From NCBI GenBank assembly GCA_900551295.1, contig URVJ01000003.1, positions 68,593-132,592 of the forward strand: a stretch of 64,000 bases of DNA, read 5' to 3'. Both the position numbers and the translations under genes were made by a program. The notes beneath the pieces are model-generated. The model was not told the DNA's origin. It saw nothing but the letters and a program-made list of their open reading frames with translations, and searched no databases. The stretch comes from an uncultured Eubacteriales bacterium. Lineage in GTDB: Bacteria > Bacillota > Clostridia > Oscillospirales > CAG-382. Positions 48,725 to 58,248 of this stretch are shown one piece after another; within the stretch, counting starts at the first letter, position 1; each line of letters starts with the position of its first letter.

Positions 48725-48852
48725 GTTTTCCTCTCTTTTCTTCTTATTATCTGTTGACAGAATATAGTATAATACATTATAATCAATATATGAAATATTG
48801 TTTTTATATACTTTCAATATAAATTTTATATAACATCTGTGAGGCAATAAAA

Positions 48853-49746
48853 ATGGAACTCAAACAGCTTGAAATATTCTGCAAAATTGCGGATTACGGC
48901 AGCATAAACGAGGCGGCGCGGAAGATAAATATGTCGCAGCCGCCTTTAAGCTATCAGATTAAACAGCTTGAGGGAGAACTCGGCGTTGAGCTTTTTACAC
49001 GCAGCAGCCGCGGCGTTGAGCTTACAAAGGCAGGAAAGCTGCTCTACGCACGTGCCTCGAGTCTGCTTGAATATGCGCGCTCGACAAAGGCGGAGGTCGC
49101 CGAGGCAGGCAAAAAAAGAGTGCTGCGATTGGGTATCACTTCTACTACCGTTTCCGTCATGCTGCCGTACATAACCGAGTTTTCAAAGAAATATCCTGAC
49201 GTAAACTTTGAGGTGCGCGACGGCGCGACATATGAGCTTCTTGAACAGCTGCTTGACGGGATAATCGACGTATCCGCGGCGCGGACTCCAATGAGAACCG
49301 ACGAGGTTGAAACAGCGGTACTTGCCTCCGAGCCTATGATTGCGGTATCGCCCTATTCAATGCGCGTTGAAAACGAGGGCGGAATACGTTTGTGCAATCT
49401 CAGCGGTGTGCCTTTAATATTGTACCGCAGGTACAGAGAGCTTATACTTTCCACATTTACAAAGAGAAACATAGAACCCGACGTTTTCTGCATATGCGAC
49501 GACGCGAGAGACGCGCTTCTCTGGGTAAAAGAGGGGCTTGCAACGGCGATATTCCCGATGTCGATGAAGGATCAGTGCGAGGGACTGCGCGTGCAGAAAA
49601 TATGTGATGATGAGCTTGAAACGCAGATACTGCTCATACGAAAGAAAAACGCCGCCATGCCGCAGACGGTGCGCGATTTCTGGGACATATGCGCAAAAGA
49701 CAAAAAAAGCTCTGACGGAAACCAAGCCGACAAAGCCTTATTTTGA
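48853..49746 (+). CDS. LysR family transcriptional regulator
   Basis: N-terminal LKQLEIFCKIADYGSINEAARKINMSQPPLSYQIKQLE. Divergent from the ABC exporter pair. Confidence 0.85.
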   Translation: MELKQLEIFCKIADYGSINEAARKINMSQPPLSYQIKQLEGELGVELFTRSSRGVELTKAGKLLYARASSLLEYARSTKAEVAEAGKKRVLRLGITSTTVSVMLPYITEFSKKYPDVNFEVRDGATYELLEQLLDGIIDVSAARTPMRTDEVETAVLASEPMIAVSPYSMRVENEGGIRLCNLSGVPLILYRRYRELILSTFTKRNIEPDVFCICDDARDALLWVKEGLATAIFPMSMKDQCEGLRVQKICDDELETQILLIRKKNAAMPQTVRDFWDICAKDKKSSDGNQADKALF

Positions 49747-50496
49747 TTATTTCTTTTTGATAAGCTTTTCCGCAGCCTTTGCGTCGATAAGATTTACCGT
49801 TTTGAATTCTCCGCCGTAAAAGACCGCCCAGTTATTGAACACGCACGGCAGGGATTTTGCCTTTTGCAGCGTATCGACCTTGACAATATTAAGCGGAACA
49901 CTGTTTTGACTGCAATATTTCTCGATGCTTTCAAGAAAAAGGTACGTATACGGGCACTGCTCCGAATAGTACACGGTAAGGTCTTTATCGGGTATTGCCA
50001 TGTGTTTTGCATTTTCGCAAAAGCGCGGTTTTGTGCCGTCAAACGAAAGGCAGAGCAGTTCATAGCCGTTATCCGTAATATCGGCAGCTTCAAATCCGAA
50101 TTTCTGCGCAAAGTTCTTATCCGAAAGCCACGCTTTCTGCTTCTGCGAGCCGAGCATACAGATTCCCGACTTACCTTTGGCTTTTGCGTCGGCTATGCAG
50201 TATTCCATAAGCTCTTTTCCGTACCCGTGCGACTTTTGATCGCCGTTTACCCAAAGGCAGTAGATATACAGAAAGTTCTCGCCCTCTATCGGAACCCACG
50301 CTTTTTCAAGAGGCGCGTATTCGATAAAAACCGTCGCCTTTTCGTCAAGCTTTCTGAAAACATGACCTTCTTTCAGCCGTTGTGCGAGCCATGCTCTCTT
50401 TGCCTCGACTCCCGGATGCGGCTTTTTTGTGCGTATTATGCAGCAAAGGTGCTGATCGGGAAGATTTTCGGGCGTCAGATTTATAAATTCACTCAT
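49747..50496 (-). CDS. GNAT N-acetyltransferase with a YoaP-like C-terminal domain
   Basis: Acetyl-CoA-binding region KSHGYGKELMEYCIADAK. The C-terminal Cys-containing domain resembles YoaP (from memory). Confidence 0.6.
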   Translation of the reverse strand: MSEFINLTPENLPDQHLCCIIRTKKPHPGVEAKRAWLAQRLKEGHVFRKLDEKATVFIEYAPLEKAWVPIEGENFLYIYCLWVNGDQKSHGYGKELMEYCIADAKAKGKSGICMLGSQKQKAWLSDKNFAQKFGFEAADITDNGYELLCLSFDGTKPRFCENAKHMAIPDKDLTVYYSEQCPYTYLFLESIEKYCSQNSVPLNIVKVDTLQKAKSLPCVFNNWAVFYGGEFKTVNLIDAKAAEKLIKKK

Positions 50497-50512
50497 AAGT
50501 TTTTCTCCGCAC

Positions 50513-50806
50513 TTATTTTTTTAAGTCGGCGCAAGCGTCAAGCGCCATTCTTTTTAAAGTATCGGTGTCGTCGGGATCTGACGGCATAAGCATAGGCTTT
50601 GCGCCGGGATAAGGTATCTGTTCTGAGGTTTCGTACTTGCCCATGGACGGCGTTTTCTTTATTAAAAATCTGTTATCGCAGATGTTGCCGAAATACACTC
50701 CGTCAAGGTAAAGCAGATATTCTCCCATCATCTTGCGAAAAGTAAGACTTCCTATACCGTCAAGCTGTCCCAGCACAAAGTCCAGGTATTCCTTTGTCGA
50801 AGGCAT
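50513..50806 (-). CDS. TfoX/Sxy N-terminal domain protein
   Basis: FRKMMGEYLLYLDGVYFGNICDNRFLIK pattern. Confidence 0.6.
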   Translation of the reverse strand: MPSTKEYLDFVLGQLDGIGSLTFRKMMGEYLLYLDGVYFGNICDNRFLIKKTPSMGKYETSEQIPYPGAKPMLMPSDPDDTDTLKRMALDACADLKK

Positions 50807-50827
50807 ATTTTATAATTTCTCCTTTGA

Positions 50828-51703
50828 TTATGTAAGCAAGACCGAAATAACGGTGCATAAAATTCCGGCTGCACTTGTTTTTGTAATCTTTTCGCCGAAA
50901 AATACCGCTGCCATTACGGTTGCCGCGGCAAGCGACAGAACACTGCTCAGCGGAAACAGTATTACGGACGGCAGCACTTCGGTTGCGGCGGTAAGAAAAT
51001 ACGAATTTGCAAAAAGCATTGCCGCCATTACCGCAATATACGGAATACACTTTTTAAAATCAAGCTTCACTTTCTTTTCTTTACCTGCCAGAAAAGGCAT
51101 TGCAATGCAGAGCACGGCAAGAGTTATAAGAAAAGTATAGAAATTGAATATGACCTTACTTCCGTCGGGCGCCCACGCGGTAAACATCTTCTGCGCGACA
51201 TTTGTAAATCCCTGCGACAGGAAAACGACGGCAAGCAGCACATAGTCCGAAGCTTTCAGCTTTTCTTTCATATCGCTGCTGTATCTTAGAAGAAACGCTA
51301 TTGCCGCAATTATAAAAATAACGCTGAATATTTGCTTTATGCTTATAGACTCGCCGAAAACAAAAAAACCGAACACCATATTTACAATAAATGCCGCAGT
51401 GGTAACGGCGTTTATCATCATATACGCTCCGCTTTTTGCAGAAATAAGCCACGAAATGAGAAAAACTGCCATGGAAATTCCGGAAAATACAGAAATTGCA
51501 AGCTCCGCCGGGGTAAGCGCAAACGATTCGCGTTTAACAAAAGCCATTGCCGCGCCTATAACACAGCAGATTATCATTCTGATTATGTTTGCCGCGGCGC
51601 TTTCGGAAATGCTGTTCACATGTCCGCTCAGCTTTTTACCGCAAAACCCCTTTGCCGTTCCGGCTATAACCGCAAGTACAAGATATAACATCTTAACTGC
51701 CAC
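50828..51703 (-). CDS. Ten-TM membrane transporter, probably DMT/EamA superfamily
   Basis: Two internally similar halves of five hydrophobic segments each. Start is uncertain (GTG at 51703 or ATG at 51691). Confidence 0.45.
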   Translation of the reverse strand: MAVKMLYLVLAVIAGTAKGFCGKKLSGHVNSISESAAANIIRMIICCVIGAAMAFVKRESFALTPAELAISVFSGISMAVFLISWLISAKSGAYMMINAVTTAAFIVNMVFGFFVFGESISIKQIFSVIFIIAAIAFLLRYSSDMKEKLKASDYVLLAVVFLSQGFTNVAQKMFTAWAPDGSKVIFNFYTFLITLAVLCIAMPFLAGKEKKVKLDFKKCIPYIAVMAAMLFANSYFLTAATEVLPSVILFPLSSVLSLAAATVMAAVFFGEKITKTSAAGILCTVISVLLT

Positions 51704-51773
51704 GTCCTTTCACAATGCACAATACGCAAAAAATTTTAACACAGTATTAAGGCAATGTCAAGCGATTTTTCGT

Positions 51774-51804
51774 CAAAAATACCCCGTACTTGAAATATAC
51801 GGGG
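51774..51804 (-). terminator. Intrinsic terminator after nagB
   Basis: Stem CCCCGTA/TACGGGG. On the minus strand it is followed by TATTTTTG. Confidence 0.7.
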
Positions 51805-51815
51805 AAATTAAAAGC

Positions 51816-52529
51816 TCAGATATCTTTATCCGCAGTATACACTACCGAAACGTCGTCATGCAGCTGAAGTATCGACGCAGGAACTTCGGGCGTTACCGGT
51901 CCTTTAAGCGCGCGTTTTACAATATCATACTTCTCCGGTCCTGCAATAAGCAGTATTTTTTTTGCGCTGAGTATGGACTTGAAACCCATGGTAAGCGCGT
52001 GAGTCGGCATACCGCCGTTCGGGAAAAAGCGCGAATTTGCTTTTAGCGTCGATTCGGTAAGCGTTACGCGCCTTGTGCCAAGCTCAAAATGATCTGACGG
52101 TTCGTTGAAGCCGATATGACCGTTAAAGCCTATTCCGAGAAGCTGAAGGTCGATTCCGCCGAGCGAACGTATGAGTTTATCATAGTTTTCGCACTCGGTC
52201 TGCCAGTTTTCGCACATTCCGTTCGGAACATATGTATTTTTCTTATCAATATTTATATGATTAAAGAAATTTGAGTTCATAAAATAACGGTAGCTCTGAT
52301 CATGTTCGGGTGAAAGTCCGCAGTATTCGTCAAGATTTACGCTCTTTACGTCCTTAAAATCGAGATCGCCCTTATTATACCACTCTATAAGCTGTTTATA
52401 GACTCCGAGCGGAGACGAACCGGTTGCAAGTCCGAGTACCGCGTCGGGCTTCTGGATCACCTGTGCGGAAATTATATTCGCGGCTCTGCGGCTCATTTTT
52501 TCATATGTTTCTTCACGGTAAATATACAT
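51816..52529 (-). CDS. nagB: Glucosamine-6-phosphate deaminase
   Basis: LGLATGSSP, NLDEY and GIGFNGHIGFNEP motifs. Confidence 0.9.
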   Translation of the reverse strand: MYIYREETYEKMSRRAANIISAQVIQKPDAVLGLATGSSPLGVYKQLIEWYNKGDLDFKDVKSVNLDEYCGLSPEHDQSYRYFMNSNFFNHINIDKKNTYVPNGMCENWQTECENYDKLIRSLGGIDLQLLGIGFNGHIGFNEPSDHFELGTRRVTLTESTLKANSRFFPNGGMPTHALTMGFKSILSAKKILLIAGPEKYDIVKRALKGPVTPEVPASILQLHDDVSVVYTADKDI

Positions 52530-52567
52530 TTTTCTCTCTCCTTTTGTACACTCTCTTTGTACACATT

Positions 52568-52596
52568 ATTATACATTAATACAAGAGTTTTTTCAA
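52568..52596 (-). promoter_or_regulatory. nagB promoter
   Basis: Minus strand reads TTGAAA (52596-52591), 17-nt spacer, TATAAT (52573-52568). Confidence 0.55.
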
Positions 52597-52638
52597 TACA
52601 CAAAAAGATATAAATATCATGTATTAAGTTAATAACAT

Positions 52639-52669
52639 ACAAAAACCGCCGCAGGCAAACCTGCGGCGG
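52639..52669 (-). terminator. Intrinsic terminator after clpB
   Basis: 10-bp stem CCGCCGCAGG/CCTGCGGCGG with a 4-nt loop. On the minus strand it is followed by TTTTTG. Confidence 0.8.
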
Positions 52670-52712
52670 AAAACAACGGCATTAATCAACCGTAATTTAT
52701 TAAGTTTTGGTT

Positions 52713-55352
52713 TCAGCCTACGACTTTGCCCTCAAATTCGGGGGTGCAGACAAGCTTTCCGTCCTTTGCGTCAAGCACAAGCGTAGTACCCGTATCAAAG
52801 TTGCCTGCAAGAATTTCCTTTGCAATAAGGGTTTCTGCGGAACTTTGGAGATAACGTTTAAGCGGACGCGCACCGTATACGGGGTCATAGCCGTTATCAA
52901 TAATAAGCTGTTTTGCAGCGTCGGTAACTTCAAGCTTAAGTCCTCCGGCACTTCTGTCGGCAAGGCGTTTTCTGAGTCCCGAAAGCAGATTTTCGATTAT
53001 TCCGCCGAGATTATCCTTTGTAAGCGGCTTGAACATGATTATCTCATCAAGTCTGTTGAGAAATTCCGGTCTGAACGACGCACGCAGATCTGCCATTACC
53101 TTACCGCGGGCTTCTTCGCTTATCTCGCCTTCGGGCGTTATGCCGTCAAGCAGATATGAGCTGCCGAGGTTTGAGGTAAGAATTATTATTGTATTCTTAA
53201 AGTCAACGGTACGTCCCTGACTGTCAGTAATACGTCCGTCATCAAGTATCTGAAGAAGAATATTGAACACATCCGGATGTGCCTTTTCGACTTCATCAAA
53301 CAATACTACGCTGTACGGATGACGTCTTACAGCCTCGGTAAGCTGACCGCCTTCATCATATCCGACATATCCGGGAGGCGCTCCGATAAGACGGGAAACA
53401 CTGAATTTCTCCATATACTCCGTCATATCTATTCTTACGAGGTTATGCTCATCATCAAACAGGCACTCGGCAAGCGTCTTTGCAAGCTCTGTCTTACCTA
53501 CGCCCGTAGGGCCTAAGAACATAAAGCTGCCTATCGGTCTGTTGGGATCGGAAATTCCTGCTCTCGAACGCTGTATTGCCTCGCTTACGAGCCTTACGGC
53601 TTCGTCCTGTCCGATAACTCTCTTATGGAGAATATCCTCAAGGTGCAGCAGTTTTTCTCTTTCGCCCTCAACAAGCTTTGAAACGGGTATACCTGTCCAA
53701 CGCGCAACAACGTCGGCTATTTCTTCCTCGGTTACGGTTGAGCGAACAAGCATATTCTGATTCTGCTCTTCGGTTGTCTTTTCGGCATCGGCAAGCTTTT
53801 TCTGAAGTTCGGGAAGATCGGAATACTGGAGCTTTGCGGCTTTTTCATACTCTCCGCGCAGCTTTGCATTCTCTATATCGCCGGTCATTTTTTCGATCTG
53901 CGCTTTTATCTTCTTGACATTTTCGGTCGCCTGCTTTTCGGACTCCCAGCGCGCTTTCATCTCGTTGAACTTTTCTTTCTTTTCGGCAAGTTCTTCGGTA
54001 AGCTTTGCAAGTCTGTCCTTAGAGAGTTTATCCTCCTCTTTCTTTAGCGACATTTCCTCAATCTCAAGCTGCATAATATCGCGTCTGAGGTCGTCAAGCT
54101 CGCTCGGCATGGAGTCGATCTCGGTTCTTATCATGGCGCACGCCTCATCGACAAGGTCTATTGCCTTATCGGGAAGAAATCTGTCGGTGATATATCTGTG
54201 TGAAAGCGTTGCGGCTGCGACAAGCGCGTTATCGTGAATTCTTACGCCGTGGAATATTTCGTATCTCTCTTTAAGTCCGCGCAGTATCGAAATTGTATCT
54301 TCAACCGACGGTTCGTCTACCATTACGGGTTGGAAACGGCGTTCGAGAGCCGCGTCCTTTTCGATATACTTTCTGTATTCGTCAAGAGTTGTCGCGCCGA
54401 TACAGTGAAGTTCTCCTCTTGCAAGCATAGGTTTCAAGAGGTTGCCTGCGTCCATTGATCCCTCGGTCTTTCCGGCTCCGACTATGGTATGAAGTTCATC
54501 TATAAAGAGTATTATTTTACCCTCAGCCTTTTTAACCTCGTTAAGCACGGCTTTGAGTCTTTCCTCAAATTCGCCTCTGTACTTAGCGCCTGCAACGAGA
54601 GAACCCATATCCAGCGAAAAGATGGTTTTATCTTTGAGTCCGTCCGGTACGTCGCCTCTGACGATTCTCTGAGCAAGACCTTCGGCTATTGCGGTTTTAC
54701 CTACGCCGGGTTCGCCGATAAGAACGGGGTTATTCTTACTCTTACGCGAAAGTATTCTTATTACGCTTCTTATTTCGGAATCTCTGCCGATAACCGGATC
54801 AAGTTTCTGTTCTCTTGCGCGTTCGACAAGGTCTGTGCCGTATTTTGCAAGCACGTCGTAAGTATCTTCGGGATTATCGCTTGTTACGGGCGAGGTCTTG
54901 ACTTTTGCAAGCTCATCGGTAAAGCTCTTTTTGGTTATGCCGTACTTCTCGCATATTCTCTTTACGGTGCTTCCGCCCTCGGCAAGCAGTCCGAGCATAA
55001 TATGTTCGACCGAGATATACTCGTCTTTAAGCTCCGACGCCACCTTTTCGGCAAATCTGAGTACTGCGGAAACTTCTCCCGACGGATAAAGTTCGGAATT
55101 TCCCGAACCCGTAACCTTAGGCAGTCTTTCGATTTCGGCGTTAAGTTCTCCGAGAACAGCTCCGACAATATCGGTATTTCCGTTTTTCTGTCCGATACGG
55201 TAGACAAGTGTTCTGACAAGTCCGCCGTCGGCAGACAGCAGCGCATACATGAGATGTTCGGGTGTAAGCGTTTGATTTTGTTTATCACGTGCAAGGTTCT
55301 GTGCGTTATTTATGGTTTCAACCGTTTTTTGAGTAAATTTTTCTGCGTTCAT
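52713..55352 (-). CDS. clpB: ATP-dependent chaperone ClpB
   Basis: Clp N-domain, two AAA+ modules ([18 protein letters not shown]), and the long coiled-coil middle domain specific to ClpB. Start at MNAEKF after AAAGGAGA. Confidence 0.95.
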   Translation of the reverse strand: MNAEKFTQKTVETINNAQNLARDKQNQTLTPEHLMYALLSADGGLVRTLVYRIGQKNGNTDIVGAVLGELNAEIERLPKVTGSGNSELYPSGEVSAVLRFAEKVASELKDEYISVEHIMLGLLAEGGSTVKRICEKYGITKKSFTDELAKVKTSPVTSDNPEDTYDVLAKYGTDLVERAREQKLDPVIGRDSEIRSVIRILSRKSKNNPVLIGEPGVGKTAIAEGLAQRIVRGDVPDGLKDKTIFSLDMGSLVAGAKYRGEFEERLKAVLNEVKKAEGKIILFIDELHTIVGAGKTEGSMDAGNLLKPMLARGELHCIGATTLDEYRKYIEKDAALERRFQPVMVDEPSVEDTISILRGLKERYEIFHGVRIHDNALVAAATLSHRYITDRFLPDKAIDLVDEACAMIRTEIDSMPSELDDLRRDIMQLEIEEMSLKKEEDKLSKDRLAKLTEELAEKKEKFNEMKARWESEKQATENVKKIKAQIEKMTGDIENAKLRGEYEKAAKLQYSDLPELQKKLADAEKTTEEQNQNMLVRSTVTEEEIADVVARWTGIPVSKLVEGEREKLLHLEDILHKRVIGQDEAVRLVSEAIQRSRAGISDPNRPIGSFMFLGPTGVGKTELAKTLAECLFDDEHNLVRIDMTEYMEKFSVSRLIGAPPGYVGYDEGGQLTEAVRRHPYSVVLFDEVEKAHPDVFNILLQILDDGRITDSQGRTVDFKNTIIILTSNLGSSYLLDGITPEGEISEEARGKVMADLRASFRPEFLNRLDEIIMFKPLTKDNLGGIIENLLSGLRKRLADRSAGGLKLEVTDAAKQLIIDNGYDPVYGARPLKRYLQSSAETLIAKEILAGNFDTGTTLVLDAKDGKLVCTPEFEGKVVG

Positions 55353-55397
55353 ATATATTTCTCCTTTCGGAAAATAATTCAAAGTTTAATGTGCAAG

Positions 55398-56060
55398 TCA
55401 TATTATTACGGGGCGTTTATCGAGATCCGCCGCGTACATATCCGCCAGCGTCTGCGAATCCGCACCGCCTATACAGGCTTTCATCATTTTATCCACAAGG
55501 CTTACGTAATCCGTAATAGCCTTTGATATCTCTTCGGGATCAAGCGTTCTGTCGCCGGCTGTTCCGAAACGTTTTGCGGGATATGCGAGCGTTCTTTCAA
55601 ATCTTCCGTCGTCAAGCGAATATGCCACGTTTACCGGAAGAACTCTGTTCTCTATTCTTTCAAGACATCTGAAAAATCTTGCAAGAAGTTCGAGAAGTCC
55701 CTGCGACTGCGTTCTGAAGTTTGCGCTGAGCGTTCCTATCGGCTGTCCCGGCGCAAAACTCTTTGCAAGCTCGACTTCATATTTCACCGTAGGGTGATAT
55801 TTATATTCAAGGCTTGAACGCACCGCTACTCTCTGCGTATTCGGTGCAAAAAGCGGCACAAGCTCTCTTGACGCGCTCAGCAGCTGTTCTATTCCGCTGA
55901 ATATATCGTTTATCTGCTGTTCCGGCGTTCTCATCTCCACTCGTTCGGCAAGTATCATATTTACAAGGTTAGATCTGTTTGTTCCCATTTTATGCGCAAG
56001 CAAATCTATTTCTCTCATTACGTCCTCGGACAACATGAGACTATACAATGTTTTTTTCAA
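55398..56060 (-). CDS. Ribbon-helix-helix (CopG/Arc-like) N-terminal domain protein, putative regulator
   Basis: TTG start 8 nt after AGGAGG. The N-terminus KKTLYSLMLSEDVMREIDLLAHKMGTNRSNLVNMILAERV fits a beta-alpha-alpha RHH pattern. The remaining roughly 170 aa are uncharacterised. Confidence 0.45.
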   Translation of the reverse strand: MKKTLYSLMLSEDVMREIDLLAHKMGTNRSNLVNMILAERVEMRTPEQQINDIFSGIEQLLSASRELVPLFAPNTQRVAVRSSLEYKYHPTVKYEVELAKSFAPGQPIGTLSANFRTQSQGLLELLARFFRCLERIENRVLPVNVAYSLDDGRFERTLAYPAKRFGTAGDRTLDPEEISKAITDYVSLVDKMMKACIGGADSQTLADMYAADLDKRPVII

Positions 56061-56106
56061 GGCTCTTACCTCCTATGAAAAACTTCTTTTTCTTTTTACA
56101 TATACA

Positions 56107-56135
56107 TTGTAGCACGTATTATATAATTTGTCAAG
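56107..56135 (-). promoter_or_regulatory. Promoter of the RHH-clpB unit
   Basis: Minus strand reads TTGACA (56135-56130), 17-nt spacer, TACAAT (56112-56107). Confidence 0.5.
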
Positions 56136-56265
56136 ATATTTATATAAATTTATTTGCATTTTTTGAAAGTTCAACTTTTTACACAAGAAAGCAGTGACTC
56201 AGACGCGGTGAATTGTGAGTTATGCGGAATAAAAATGATTGATTTTTACAAGTTACTTTATGTTT

Positions 56266-56421
56266 GGCTGAGTGTTGCTTGGTTTGGTCGGAAACGGGAA
56301 ATTCACTTCCACTTGCAGCCATATACTGACGCTTTTCTACGGAGAAAAGTCCTCCTGCGAGGAAAAAGTTCCCTGCGAGGATAAACCGTTTGCCGCTCAA
56401 ACGCCGCAGCGAAAGCGCGGC
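56266..56421 (+). repeat. MITE-like intergenic repeat, copy B
   Basis: The left module GGCTGAGTGTTGCTTGGTTTGGTCGGAAAC abuts a 76-nt core that is about 87% identical by eye to 22495-22570. CCTGCGAGGA is duplicated internally. The right end GTTTGCCGCTCAAAC... is a degenerate inverted copy of the left module. Confidence 0.6.
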
Positions 56422-56711
56422 TTTATTTTCCGCACGTCAAACTATCATTTATATATAGAAAAACTCTGTGTAAAGTTAAACCTAACGCACAGAGTTATAT
56501 TTTATTCAGTTACCCTTTATTTCTTAATTTCCATAGCTTGCTCACGCACCTGCTCAGATTTGAGTCAGCCGCCTGCCTTTTGGTGGCTGACGGTATAAGC
56601 TGACGACAGAGAGTATCCCATAACTTTTTTCTAAATTAAGGTCTACCGTTTTCTTTGCAGCTTTCTTTTCAAAAAGAAAGCGCGTTCTCCCTCGCGTATT
56701 CCTCGTACCCT

Positions 56712-58070
56712 TTAAAGCGCGTTCTCTCTCGCACTCTTTCGGGAAATTATCAGAAATGCGATAATACAGATTATTACGGAGAGGATGGAGCCGGTTGCGG
56801 TAGCAAGTCCCATCGGGAAGAGAGTATCGGCGAACATTTTTGACATTAGGTAAACAACCGGAACACGGACAAGAAACACTGCGATGACATTATGTAAAAA
56901 CGAGATTTCTGCCTTGCCGCACGCGCAGAAATATCCGGAAAACGAAAAGTGAATACCTGCAAAAATGCAGTCAAAAATATACCCCTTAAAATACTGACTT
57001 CCGAGCCTTACAACATTCGCACCGTCTGCGGTCGACGCGTCGGTAAACAGCGACACTATATCCGCAGCACAGAACTGAACAACGGTACTTACTATAAGTC
57101 CGAATCCGGTCGCGATAAGTACGGCATATCTCAGAGTAAGCACTGCCCTGTCCTTTTTGCCGGCCCCTATATTCTGCGAGCAAAGTGCCGAAACGGCAGA
57201 CAGCATAGACGACGGAACAAGGAACACAAAGCTGATTATCTTCTCGACGATGCCGACAGCCGCCGCGTCATCAAGTCCGCGCTTGTTCGCTATTACCGTT
57301 ATTATAAGAAATGCTATCTGAATAAGTCCGTCCTGCATCGCAATCGGAACTCCCGTCCTTAAAAGCGCGCCCATTACACCTTTTTGCGGTTTCAGATCGC
57401 CTTTACGCACCGAAACGCCGAGCTTTTTGACCTTTATCGCGGCAAGCGCAATTACAACACTCAACGTCTGAGAAAGCGTCGTTCCGAGCGCCGCGCCGAC
57501 AGGACCCATATGCAGCGCGCCCATAAACAGATAGTCCAGCGCGATATTTGCAATGCACGCCGCAGCTATGAAATACATAGGACTTTTCGAGTCGCCAAGA
57601 CCGCGGAAAATCGAACTTATTATATTATACGCCGTTATGAACGGTATTCCCGCAAAGCAGACCTTTAAATAAGCCTCTGTTCCCATAACCGCGTCCGACG
57701 GTGTTGATACAAGTTCAACAATCGGCTTTACACACAGCAGAAGCACAGCCGCCAGAACAACAGAAAGCGACATAAACAGCGTGACGGTATTCCCCACGCA
57801 CGCGGAAATCTTCTTTTTATCCTGTGCGCCGACTGCCTGTCCTACGCCGACCGTAGTTCCCATTGCAAGACCGACTATCATTACCGTCAGCATATGCATA
57901 ACCTGTGAGCCTATCGAAACCGCCGTTGTGCTTGCAACGCCCTCATACCGCCCGATTATATACAGATCTGCCATTCCGTACAGCGTCTGCAAAAAATACG
58001 AAAGCAGATACGGCAGCGAAAAATACACTATATTCTTAAAAACACTGCCTGTTGTAAGGTTCTTTTCCAC
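56712..58070 (-). CDS. MATE family efflux transporter
   Basis: GTG start after AGAGGAG. Twelve TM segments. N-terminus GSVFKNIVYFSLPYLLSYFLQTLYGMADLYIIG is typical of MATE. Confidence 0.8.
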   Translation of the reverse strand: MEKNLTTGSVFKNIVYFSLPYLLSYFLQTLYGMADLYIIGRYEGVASTTAVSIGSQVMHMLTVMIVGLAMGTTVGVGQAVGAQDKKKISACVGNTVTLFMSLSVVLAAVLLLCVKPIVELVSTPSDAVMGTEAYLKVCFAGIPFITAYNIISSIFRGLGDSKSPMYFIAAACIANIALDYLFMGALHMGPVGAALGTTLSQTLSVVIALAAIKVKKLGVSVRKGDLKPQKGVMGALLRTGVPIAMQDGLIQIAFLIITVIANKRGLDDAAAVGIVEKIISFVFLVPSSMLSAVSALCSQNIGAGKKDRAVLTLRYAVLIATGFGLIVSTVVQFCAADIVSLFTDASTADGANVVRLGSQYFKGYIFDCIFAGIHFSFSGYFCACGKAEISFLHNVIAVFLVRVPVVYLMSKMFADTLFPMGLATATGSILSVIICIIAFLIISRKSARENAL

Positions 58071-58103
58071 TTTGAACCGTCTCCTCTTTGCTTTTACTCA
58101 CAC

Positions 58104-58134
58104 ATTATAAACCTTACAACTATTGTAAAGTCAA
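58104..58134 (-). promoter_or_regulatory. MATE promoter with a 19-bp spacer and an internal dyad (MerR-type geometry)
   Basis: Minus strand reads TTGACT (58134-58129), 19-nt spacer, TATAAT (58109-58104). The dyad CCTTACAA-CTA-TTGTAAAG lies at 58112-58130. Confidence 0.45.
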
Positions 58135-58180
58135 TATTATTCACGATAAGTTTACAAAAAAATCTGTACCGGTATTTTGC

Positions 58181-58213
58181 AAAAACAAAAAGCGCACGGT
58201 TTTGTCCATGCGC
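58181..58213 (-). terminator. Intrinsic terminator ending the efp / acidic-protein unit
   Basis: On the minus strand, stem GCGCATGG/CCGTGCGC followed by TTTTTGTTTTTG. Confidence 0.7.
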
Positions 58214-58248
58214 CTCGTTTTAACTCTTATTCAGCTGTCAAAAGGCAA

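Noticed and set aside
54489-55526. Very long ORFs antisense to real genes: 345 aa opposite clpB; 337 and 338 aa opposite the pepP-like and TIM-barrel genes (59323-60336, 60290-61306); 245 aa opposite argG; 242 aa opposite argJ.
   Set aside because: They have no RBS, their composition is low-complexity or Cys/Arg-rich, and each lies opposite a confidently identified gene. These are typical shadow ORFs.
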